64,000 nucleotides of DNA from a virus. Positions within the stretch are counted from its first letter, which is position 1. Every line of letters starts with the position of its first letter. The DNA is taken from the IMG/VR virus record IMGVR_UViG_3300033412_000004, positions 1-64,000 of that record; one strand, given 5' to 3'. The position numbers and the translations under genes are program-made. The notes beneath the pieces are model-generated. The model was not told the origin of the DNA and made no database searches. It worked only from the letters and a program-made list of their open reading frames with translations. This document shows, piece after piece, positions 26,702 to 35,408 of the stretch.

Positions 26702-29700
26702 TTGCCTGTGGCAGTTGACAAAGAACAGCTAGAGATCGCGACAAAGCTCAACGCCGTCATTGAATCGATGGCGCGGAACATGTCGCGCGTCGAAAAATCG
26801 TACGAGACGCAATTGACGTCCGTCGAGAAGCTGGCGGCTGCTGTCCAACAGGTCGATTCGACCGAGGCTGTCCAACACATCTCCAATCTCAACACTGCGT
26901 TGAAGGACCTGTCGTCCAAGATGAAGGACGTCAGCACCGTGTCCAAGCAGACGTTGGAGGACATGGCCAAGAAGGCTGAGGCGGCAGGAACTTCAGCGAC
27001 GTCACTGACGGGCAAATTGACAGAGACGGCTCAGGTCGCCAAGTCGATCGGCGGCGGAGAACAACTCGATGCGTTGAACGCGGGCATGAAGATGGCCCGC
27101 GAGACGGCGACGGGATTCACCGGCAAGCTGAAGGGCCTGGCACAGTGGTTTGAGAAGAAGTTCCCAACCAGCGTCGCCGTCGGTACTGCGGCTCTGTCGG
27201 GTTTCGTTCAAGGCATCCGCAACGTCACCGCCTTGACCAAGGGCGTGGGCGGCTTCTTCAGCACCTTCACTGACGGCCTCGTCAACATCGCTGCGTCAAT
27301 CATTGCGATTCCGTTCAAGATGTTCAATGCGTTGGTCGACCTCGCAGCCAATGCAGGCGGCGGCATGAACGAACTGGCACAGGCCATCGAGAACCTGCGC
27401 AAGGAGTTCGGTGCTCTGTCCGGTCCCACGCCTCACACCGTCATCGAAATGTCGAAGACGTTGAAGGGCTTCAGCGATACCGGCCTCAGCGCCTTCCGCG
27501 TCTTCGGCAACCTGGCTGAGCGCATCGAAGCGTTCACCAAGCTCGCCGTCGGCATGGGCGCCACGTTCCAGCGCCTGACGAAGGAATTCCAGAACAACGG
27601 CGGCGCCATCCTCGCCTACCAGAAGGGCCTCGGCATCTCTGACGAGCAGATGGCCGCATTCGGCCAGCGCGCCATCGCCCAGGGCGAGAAGATTTCTGAC
27701 GTCCTCAAGGACACTGCCAAGTACGCCCTAGAATTGGGCAAGGCCTTCGGCGTCGATTCCAAGGTCATCAGCAAGGACATGGCCAAGGCGATGGCCGACG
27801 TCAAGCACTTCGGTGGAGCGACGACCAAGTCGATCGCCGAGGCGGCGACCTACGCTCGCAAGTTGGGCGTTGAGCTCGACAAGATCACGGGCACCTTGGA
27901 CGCCTTCGAGACGTTCGACACTGCCGCTGAAAACGTTGCCAAGTTGTCGCAGTCCTTCGGCGTCCAGGTCGATGCCTTCAAGTTGATGGAGCAGCAGGAC
28001 CCGGCCTCACAGGTCGACATGCTGCGTAAGTCGTTCCTGGCCGCGGGTAAGTCGGCTGACACTATGTCGCGCCAGGAGTTGAAGCTGTTGGCGCAGACGA
28101 CGGGCCTCGATGAGGCGACGGCACGTATGGCCTTCTCGGCCAAGAACCAGGCGCTGTCGCTGGATGAGATCAAGAAGAAGGGCGGCGAGGCCGAGAAGAA
28201 GACGATGACTCAGACCGAGGCAATGTCGAAGCTGGCAGACAGCATCGAGCGCCTCGTCAAGTCGGGTGGCGGTCAGACCGGTGGCTTCTTCGACATGTTC
28301 TTCAAGGGCTTCCTCGGCGGCGTGCAGTCGACCAAGGAGTTCCGCGAGATCATCTGGAACATCAAGCGTGGTCTGCAGCAGGTCTACTTCGAGGGCGTCC
28401 GTCTGGGCCGTGCCTTCGTCGAGATGTTTCCCGGCGTCAAGGACTTCCTCCAGGGCATCGCTGACTTCTTCAAACCGGAGAAGTTCAAGCGCCTGGCTGG
28501 CGGCGTCACTGACGTCCTCAAGAACTGGATGAAGGACCTATCCGATCCTCACGGCAAGGCGTCCTTCGGAGACCTGATGGACAAGTTGAAGGACAAGTTC
28601 TTCGACTTCTTCAATTCAGAATCCACCTCGGGCAAGAAGATGCTCGAGGGTTTCAAGACCATCATGAAGACGGTCAGCCGCGTCGTGTCGGAAGGCATCA
28701 AGTGGATCGCCGATAAGATGACCGAGGGCATCACCTTCGTCACCGACCTGTTGACAGGCAAGAAGAAGCTTGACACCGGCGGCGCTGGCGCCGAAGGCTT
28801 GGGCTTCTTGGGTCAGATCTTGATGCCGTTGGTCGATGCGTTGAAGCACGCATGGAAGGTGCTTGCACCCGCTGTCTGGGAATTGCTCAAGGTCCTGGGC
28901 AAGAAGTTGATGGACTTCCTGACGTCGGACGAGTTCCTGGGCTTCATCAAGCCTGCGATCCCCTACATCGCGGCAGTGTTGTTCGGACCCGCTCTCACCC
29001 GGGCGATCCTCGGTGCGCTGGCATCATCGCTGGCCAAGGGAGCCGTCGGCTTCTTCACCGGCGGCGGCGGCAAGAAGGTCATCGAGGAGGCAGGCGGCGC
29101 CATCTCGAAGGTCACTGACGCGTCAAAGAAAGTTTCTGACAAGGGCGCCGGTTCGAAGGGCATCGACCAAGTCGGTGCTGTCAACAAGGCTGCAGGCGCT
29201 GCGATCGACAAGGGCGGTGCTGGTGACAAGTGGGGCGCCCGTGACGCTGTCAAGTTGGGCCTCAAGTTGGTGGCCTTGGCCGCGGCGCTCGCCGTCGGCG
29301 GCGTCATGATGGCGGGTGCCGTCGTGTTGATGGCCAAGATCTTGGACGCGGGTGGCATCAAGAGCGTCAAGGACGTCGTCGCACCGCTGCTCATCTTGGG
29401 TGCCATGGTCCTCGCCGGCATCCCGTTGATGCTGGGCATGAAGTTGGCGTCGAAGGCAGGGTCGATGGGAGACGTCCTGAAGGGCGGCCTCGTCATTAGC
29501 GTCGCTGTCGCCATCGTCGGCGTCGTCGCGGCCGGCATCGCCTACCTGCTGAAGCAGGTCGCCAACCCGGCCCAGCTCGAAGCCGCGGGCAGCATCATGT
29601 TGAAGATGTCGCTGGTCTTCCTGGCGATGGTTCCGCTCATCTTTGCGTCGATGGTCATCGGCGCCTTGGCGTCTGGTCCCCAGGCCATCGCTCTAGCTGC

Positions 29701-31804
29701 GGCCGCAGTCGGCCTCGGCGTCATCGGCGTCGCCGTCGGTGAGATGGCAGGCATTGCCATGGGCATCGTCAAGGAGCTCAGCGCTCTCAAGATTGACGCC
29801 ACGTTCCAACGCAAGATCGATGCCTTCCTCGGCATCATGAGAGCAATCCAGGCCTTCGCCGACACCTTGGTCAAGGTCATCGACCTGATGACGCCATCGT
29901 TCTCTGAGATCATCACCGGCAACGCCGTCAGCTTCCCCGAGAAGGTGGCCGCAGCGACCAAGTTGATCCGCGAGATGGTGGGAGCCAAGGGTTCGGGCAA
30001 CGGCATCATCGGCATCATCGAGACGGTGATGAAGGCGATCAGCGACCTCAGCATCGGCGGTCCCGGCATGGCCGAGGGCGCCAAGATCTTCAGTGAGATT
30101 CTGACTGGCGTCAGTGAGTTCATGAAGGCGGCCGCACCGCCTGACGCATTCTTCGAAGCAGGCAGCAGCTTCCTCGTCCAGTTGGGCGGTGGCAAGCCAT
30201 TCACCGACCTCGCGACTGACGTAGGCTACTACGCCAAGCTGATGCGCGAAGGTGCGATGGAGATGTTGACCGGCTCCAAGGACGGCAAGGGTCAGGACGG
30301 CATCCTCGGCATCATCATGAAGCTGACGGCGATCCCGATTCCTGATCCGAAGTCCGCGGAGGTCGTCGCCAACCTGTTGGCATCAACGGCACAGGTGATG
30401 AAGACCATCACGCCTGACCCGAACACCGTCAAGGCCTTCACTACGTCGGTCGAACAGTCGGCGGCCTGGGGTTTGATGAAGACCAAGGTTGAGAAGGTCA
30501 ACACCGGCGCAATGACGACGGTGCTGCAGACGATGGGTGATCAACTCAAAGAGATCTTGCCCGTCCTGACGTCGAGCGTCATCACTTCAGTCACCTCGAT
30601 TGCATCCAACCTCAGCAAGGATTCATTGGAAAAGATCAAGGTCCTAGGCGACATCTTCAAGATTGTCGTCGACCTGACGAACGCTATCGGCAATGCGACC
30701 AAGGCTGCGCCCGTCAGCGTCGGCAACGTCAGTGAGGGCGCCATCGTTCGTGTCACTCAGTCAGTGCCGTCATTGAAGTCTGCGCTCGACCAGGTCGGCT
30801 CGGGCATCGGTCCGCTGATGAAGTCGCTGCAGGACGTCGTCAGCAAGGTACCTCTCGACAAGGACTTCAAGGCGCATCTTGAAGTGGCGTCCAAGTTGTT
30901 CGCCTTCATCACTGAGCTGCCGAAGCTAGCGGCATCGATCTCCGATGCGTCGAAGGCGAGCGGTGGCGGCGGCGACATCAACCCCGAGCCTATGTTCAAG
31001 GCTGTCGCCACCATCGGCGTCTTCCTGTGGAAGATTGCCAATGAAAAGGGCTATGGCACCTCACGCCCGGTGCTGACTGAACTCATTGAGAACATGAAGG
31101 GTCTGCAGGCCCTGGGCGTCGACAAGGTAGGTCCTGCGCTGACCAAGACGGCCGATACGCTGAAGGCGATGTTCACTGCGATCTCGCAGCTGGGAGGCAG
31201 CATGAAGCTCGCCTCAGGCATCAACGCGACCTTCGGAGACAACGAAGCCCTCGCTGTCCAGGCTGTCTTGAAGCGAATCGCTGACATCACGACGAAGCTG
31301 ACAGCCAAGGACAGCCCGTTGGTGACGATCAACAACAACCTGACGGGCGCCGTCCTTGCACAGACGAAGTCAGCGGCAGACAACATCAAGGCGTACGGCG
31401 ACAGCATTGCCAAGACAGCAGACTCGATCAAGTCAGGAGCCATCACCTCGGCCCTCGATGCGGTCACCAAAATGGTCAAGTCGGCCAATGATTTGGATGC
31501 TGCCTTGGCTGACGGCAATGTCAACAAGTTGAACGTGGCGGCCAAGTTGGGCAACGTGGCAAAGGCCGCGGGCTTGGGCGGCAAGGCCAGCTATTCAATC
31601 CAGAACCGCGGCGTCAACATCACCATCAACATGCAGGTGACGATGGACGTGGGCCAGGTCGAGAAGGCAATGGTCCTGCGTGCCTCATCGATCGTTCGTG
31701 ACCGCCTCAACTTCCTGACCGACGAGAAGAAGGAACAGCAGCTGCCGCAGTCGCCGGATGGCGTCGTCAAGTTCCCGTTGGCGGGCGCGCCCAGCACCGG
31801 TTGA
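26702..31804 (+). CDS. Tape measure protein
   Basis: 1700 aa, Ala/Lys/Gly-rich and helical, with central hydrophobic segments; lies between chaperone and baseplate genes. True start may be GTG 26708. Confidence 0.82.
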   Translation: MPVAVDKEQLEIATKLNAVIESMARNMSRVEKSYETQLTSVEKLAAAVQQVDSTEAVQHISNLNTALKDLSSKMKDVSTVSKQTLEDMAKKAEAAGTSATSLTGKLTETAQVAKSIGGGEQLDALNAGMKMARETATGFTGKLKGLAQWFEKKFPTSVAVGTAALSGFVQGIRNVTALTKGVGGFFSTFTDGLVNIAASIIAIPFKMFNALVDLAANAGGGMNELAQAIENLRKEFGALSGPTPHTVIEMSKTLKGFSDTGLSAFRVFGNLAERIEAFTKLAVGMGATFQRLTKEFQNNGGAILAYQKGLGISDEQMAAFGQRAIAQGEKISDVLKDTAKYALELGKAFGVDSKVISKDMAKAMADVKHFGGATTKSIAEAATYARKLGVELDKITGTLDAFETFDTAAENVAKLSQSFGVQVDAFKLMEQQDPASQVDMLRKSFLAAGKSADTMSRQELKLLAQTTGLDEATARMAFSAKNQALSLDEIKKKGGEAEKKTMTQTEAMSKLADSIERLVKSGGGQTGGFFDMFFKGFLGGVQSTKEFREIIWNIKRGLQQVYFEGVRLGRAFVEMFPGVKDFLQGIADFFKPEKFKRLAGGVTDVLKNWMKDLSDPHGKASFGDLMDKLKDKFFDFFNSESTSGKKMLEGFKTIMKTVSRVVSEGIKWIADKMTEGITFVTDLLTGKKKLDTGGAGAEGLGFLGQILMPLVDALKHAWKVLAPAVWELLKVLGKKLMDFLTSDEFLGFIKPAIPYIAAVLFGPALTRAILGALASSLAKGAVGFFTGGGGKKVIEEAGGAISKVTDASKKVSDKGAGSKGIDQVGAVNKAAGAAIDKGGAGDKWGARDAVKLGLKLVALAAALAVGGVMMAGAVVLMAKILDAGGIKSVKDVVAPLLILGAMVLAGIPLMLGMKLASKAGSMGDVLKGGLVISVAVAIVGVVAAGIAYLLKQVANPAQLEAAGSIMLKMSLVFLAMVPLIFASMVIGALASGPQAIALAAAAVGLGVIGVAVGEMAGIAMGIVKELSALKIDATFQRKIDAFLGIMRAIQAFADTLVKVIDLMTPSFSEIITGNAVSFPEKVAAATKLIREMVGAKGSGNGIIGIIETVMKAISDLSIGGPGMAEGAKIFSEILTGVSEFMKAAAPPDAFFEAGSSFLVQLGGGKPFTDLATDVGYYAKLMREGAMEMLTGSKDGKGQDGILGIIMKLTAIPIPDPKSAEVVANLLASTAQVMKTITPDPNTVKAFTTSVEQSAAWGLMKTKVEKVNTGAMTTVLQTMGDQLKEILPVLTSSVITSVTSIASNLSKDSLEKIKVLGDIFKIVVDLTNAIGNATKAAPVSVGNVSEGAIVRVTQSVPSLKSALDQVGSGIGPLMKSLQDVVSKVPLDKDFKAHLEVASKLFAFITELPKLAASISDASKASGGGGDINPEPMFKAVATIGVFLWKIANEKGYGTSRPVLTELIENMKGLQALGVDKVGPALTKTADTLKAMFTAISQLGGSMKLASGINATFGDNEALAVQAVLKRIADITTKLTAKDSPLVTINNNLTGAVLAQTKSAADNIKAYGDSIAKTADSIKSGAITSALDAVTKMVKSANDLDAALADGNVNKLNVAAKLGNVAKAAGLGGKASYSIQNRGVNITINMQVTMDVGQVEKAMVLRASSIVRDRLNFLTDEKKEQQLPQSPDGVVKFPLAGAPSTG

Positions 31805-31815
31805 TATAGTTCACC

Positions 31816-32082
31816 ATGAAGTCACGTGAGGATGTGCTAAAACGGCTTCGTGCCGATCCGATGTACCGCAGGGCACTGGAAAAAGCCAAGGACGAGAAGG
31901 AACGGAAAGCCATCATCGCCTTCACCGAGGACTTCGTGACCAGCTTCGCCGATGTGTTGCTGCCGCTGGCCCAACAGGCTCAAAAGGATCCGGTGCTGCG
32001 CGAGCGCTTGGCTCGGTCCCTGGTCGAAGGCCGTGAAGTACTTAGCGATAGCGTGCCTGAAACCTCGGGTTCGCACGAGTAA
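31816..32082 (+). CDS. Hypothetical protein
   Basis: 88-aa helical ORF. Confidence 0.55.
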   Translation: MKSREDVLKRLRADPMYRRALEKAKDEKERKAIIAFTEDFVTSFADVLLPLAQQAQKDPVLRERLARSLVEGREVLSDSVPETSGSHE

Positions 32083-32085
32083 CCC

Positions 32086-35000
32086 ATGACCGAACCCATC
32101 CACAGCGGCAGCATCAAGACTGGCACCGGCGGATTCAACCTCGCTGGCAAGGTCTACACGTACGATGTTGGCGTGCCGGATGGCCAAGGCGGTGCACAGG
32201 GGGATTCATCACCGGGTGACATCAAGGTCGATCACAGCGTCAAGGACCTGTCAAAGCCGACCAAGACGACGCTGGCTGACTACCTCAGTAATCTGACGAA
32301 GGGTCAGACACCTCCCGACCTGGAGAACAACACCCTTGGCGTGCCCAATGCATACGCCATCGACTCAGGTTTCAATGAGATCAAGTTGTCGGGCGACAAG
32401 GGTAACCCGTCGCCGCTGCCGAAGACGGTCACCAACACTGCGGCCTTTGCACCCACGCCCCCGGATCCGTACTCCGTTGACTTTCCAGTCATCCAGCCCA
32501 AGATCAAAAAGGGAAAGGCCTCCGCACAATTGCGTGACGGCCATGAGCTGCTCAAGGGCGGAGATGCGGAGCCTATCAAGTCGTACCGTTCAGCGGTCCT
32601 CAGCAAGAATCGTTTCACTGATGCGGCGACGTTGGACTCGAACTCCTTCGGCGTCAAGGTCACCGACCAGCGAACGAAAGGCCAGTACGATCCCAAAGCG
32701 AAGGCGATCACTCAAGGTCAACTGGCGTCTGTCGGTCCAATCCTGACGATGCGCGCCGGCATTGAGCTAGGCGCGACTGATGATGGTGCTAACCCGAACT
32801 CAGGCGGTCTCGCCGCCAAGTCGCTGTTGCCGGGCGTAGCGCAGTTGGCAGTCAGCCGCGTTGATGAGATCGTCCTCAACGCCAAGGACGTCCTCGATGC
32901 ACTGACGACAGATGAACCGCCTGACGCTAACATTATCAGCCCAGGCAGTCTGTCGTGGGGCGCGCTCAACAACACTGAGGACCAGTACTCAGGCATCGCC
33001 GCTTTGGGCATGGCCGCGCTGTCGGCCGCCTTGATTGCAGGCCTGCTGCTCGTCATCGACCTGTTCAGCCTCATCCTGGGACTCATCACTCCGTCGTCGA
33101 AAGCGGCAACGCACGATGCACAGGGTCGTTACGCTTTGGGCCAGTACTACGCCAAGCCCAAGGAGTCGGGAGGAGGCCTGCTCGGAGCAGCGACCGCGCT
33201 CCTCTCGCTTGACATTGGCTCGCTGCTGGGCATTCACAAGACCAACAATCCGTTCGGCGACTGCCTGAAAAAGGGAGCCAACGCCTTCTTCGGCATTGAT
33301 GATTCTGGCGGTGTTCTGGGACAGTTGGCAGGAGCTGTCACCGACGCGTTGGGCCCGGACGCGGGATTCAACGCCATCGTCGCCCGCGCCATCATCCGTT
33401 CCAGCTTGACGATCGTCGATCAGATCAAGAAGATTGGCGGTAACCCGCTCAACATCATCAAGCAGATCATGGGCCTGATTGAGGTGCTGCGGGCCTCGAA
33501 GATCATCTCAGCGTGCAACGTCTTCGCCCAATTGGGTGATTCGATCCTGTCGATTCCTGAAAACTGGACCGACCCGGATGCGCTGGGCAGCACCAAAATC
33601 TCACAGACTGACACGTCGAGCGTCGATTCTGTCATCGGTCGCAACCGGCGCCCTAACTCACTGAAGCTAGCGTGGGCGTCAAACCGCGCCCCGGCGCAGC
33701 TGCTGGTGCCTGCGCAGATTGCTGCAGTGTCGCGGTTGGGTAAGAAGATCGGTTCGTACGATCCTTGGGCCGGCACTCAGAACCTCGACAATCGCCTCTA
33801 TTCACAGGTGACGAAGCAGGATGCAGTGCCCCGCATTGATCCGGACACTTCGGCGCTGTTTGAGAAGTCGCTGGAGGCGGAATACGTGCCGTTCTACTTC
33901 CACGACATTCGTACCAATGAAATTGTCGCCTTTCACGCCTTCTTGACGTCGCTGAACGACGACTACACCGCCAACTATGAATCGATCGATGCGTACGGCC
34001 GCGTCGAACCGGTCAAGATCTACAAGAGCACTTCGCGTCGCATCGGCGTCAGCTTCTACATCATCGCCACGTCGTCCGAAGACCTTGACGACATGTACGT
34101 CAAGATCAACAAGTTGGTCACGCTGGTCTATCCGCAGTTTACGTCGGGCAAGCAGTTGACGGACGAAAGCAAGCAGTTCGTCTTCACTCAACCTTTCAGC
34201 CAATTGATCGGTGCATCGCCCCTGATCCGTCTTCGCCTTGGCGACCTCTTCAGGTCGAACTACTCGCGGTTCAACTTGGCACGCCTCTTCGGTTTGGGCA
34301 ACACCAACTTCACTGTCGGTGGCCAGAAGTTCTCGAACTTTGACAAGTTTGACCAGGACGTGTTGACCGCAACGCTGCCCATTGCACTTGATGATGCCAA
34401 GAAGGAAGCAGGCAAGCTGTTCATCGCTCAGCAAGGCGTGACGTATGTTGCGCAGGACGAGAAGTCCGCGATTGCGATTCCCAATCCGTTGGGAGGTAGC
34501 AGCAGCGGTGCTGAAGGCTCCAAGTCGTTCACTCCGACGGGCGTGCCTGACTTCTTTGAGATCAAGATTGTCAAGGAGATTGACGACCGAAATGTGCTCG
34601 GTGAAGTGCAGCTGTCAACCGATCCCGAGATCATGTCGATCCTTGCGGACAAGCTGGACAGCATCAAGGCGGAGTATGGCAGCGACGACAAGAAGTTGTT
34701 GAAGGTCATCGGTTGCCAGTACGTTTTCCCGAAGAAGAACCTGCAGCCGACGGTGAAAACTCGTGATGAGGTCGTCGACAAGATCGTCGGCATCGCTGAG
34801 AATGACGCCTTCGTGCAGCCGTTGACTGACTTCATGGATCCCGCCAAGAACGTTGTCGCCAAATCCTTCAAGGATGCTGGCGGCAAGGGCCTTGCTGGCT
34901 TCATCGACACGATGAGCTTCGATTGGTACGACAAGGTGACGTGGGAAACGCAGTTTAAGGACCGCATTGTTCCCAAGATGTGCAAGGTCACGCTCGCCTT

Positions 35001-35103
35001 CTCGCCGATCCACGACATCGCTCCCGGCTTGGATCACTTTGGCACTAATCGGGCTCCTGTTTACCCAGTGGGCCTACTTGCTCCACGTTCGGAACCGAAG
35101 TGA
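32086..35103 (+). CDS. Baseplate/tube-initiator-like protein
   Basis: C-terminal FHAFLTSLNDDY..YGRVEPVKIYKSTSRRI..PLIRLRLGDL..PKMCKVTLAFSPIHD pattern; follows the TMP. Confidence 0.62.
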   Translation: MTEPIHSGSIKTGTGGFNLAGKVYTYDVGVPDGQGGAQGDSSPGDIKVDHSVKDLSKPTKTTLADYLSNLTKGQTPPDLENNTLGVPNAYAIDSGFNEIKLSGDKGNPSPLPKTVTNTAAFAPTPPDPYSVDFPVIQPKIKKGKASAQLRDGHELLKGGDAEPIKSYRSAVLSKNRFTDAATLDSNSFGVKVTDQRTKGQYDPKAKAITQGQLASVGPILTMRAGIELGATDDGANPNSGGLAAKSLLPGVAQLAVSRVDEIVLNAKDVLDALTTDEPPDANIISPGSLSWGALNNTEDQYSGIAALGMAALSAALIAGLLLVIDLFSLILGLITPSSKAATHDAQGRYALGQYYAKPKESGGGLLGAATALLSLDIGSLLGIHKTNNPFGDCLKKGANAFFGIDDSGGVLGQLAGAVTDALGPDAGFNAIVARAIIRSSLTIVDQIKKIGGNPLNIIKQIMGLIEVLRASKIISACNVFAQLGDSILSIPENWTDPDALGSTKISQTDTSSVDSVIGRNRRPNSLKLAWASNRAPAQLLVPAQIAAVSRLGKKIGSYDPWAGTQNLDNRLYSQVTKQDAVPRIDPDTSALFEKSLEAEYVPFYFHDIRTNEIVAFHAFLTSLNDDYTANYESIDAYGRVEPVKIYKSTSRRIGVSFYIIATSSEDLDDMYVKINKLVTLVYPQFTSGKQLTDESKQFVFTQPFSQLIGASPLIRLRLGDLFRSNYSRFNLARLFGLGNTNFTVGGQKFSNFDKFDQDVLTATLPIALDDAKKEAGKLFIAQQGVTYVAQDEKSAIAIPNPLGGSSSGAEGSKSFTPTGVPDFFEIKIVKEIDDRNVLGEVQLSTDPEIMSILADKLDSIKAEYGSDDKKLLKVIGCQYVFPKKNLQPTVKTRDEVVDKIVGIAENDAFVQPLTDFMDPAKNVVAKSFKDAGGKGLAGFIDTMSFDWYDKVTWETQFKDRIVPKMCKVTLAFSPIHDIAPGLDHFGTNRAPVYPVGLLAPRSEPK

Positions 35104-35111
35104 GGTGACAC

Positions 35112-35405
35112 ATGGCATTCAGCAGGTACTCACGAGCCCCCATCTTGAACCTCGGCGCCCAGTACGGCACAGCCCGTGCCATTGAAGCGATCCGCGCTGC
35201 CATCAAGAACGGTACAATCAACACGCGTGAGGTCATCGTTCGTGGCGCAGAACGCCTGGACACTATCGCAGGCAATCTCTACGGCGACGGCCGCTATTGG
35301 TGGGTGTTGGCGGCATGCAGTGACATCGGTTGGGGGCTGCAAGTTCCTCCCGGCACGGTGCTGAAGGTGCCACAACTATCACAGATCGCTGCGCTCGTAG
35401 GGTGA
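35112..35405 (+). CDS. LysM-type baseplate wedge protein (gp53/tail X-like)
   Basis: ERLDTIAGNLYGDGRYWWVLA...VPPGTVLKVP. Confidence 0.8.
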   Translation: MAFSRYSRAPILNLGAQYGTARAIEAIRAAIKNGTINTREVIVRGAERLDTIAGNLYGDGRYWWVLAACSDIGWGLQVPPGTVLKVPQLSQIAALVG

Positions 35406-35408
35406 TGC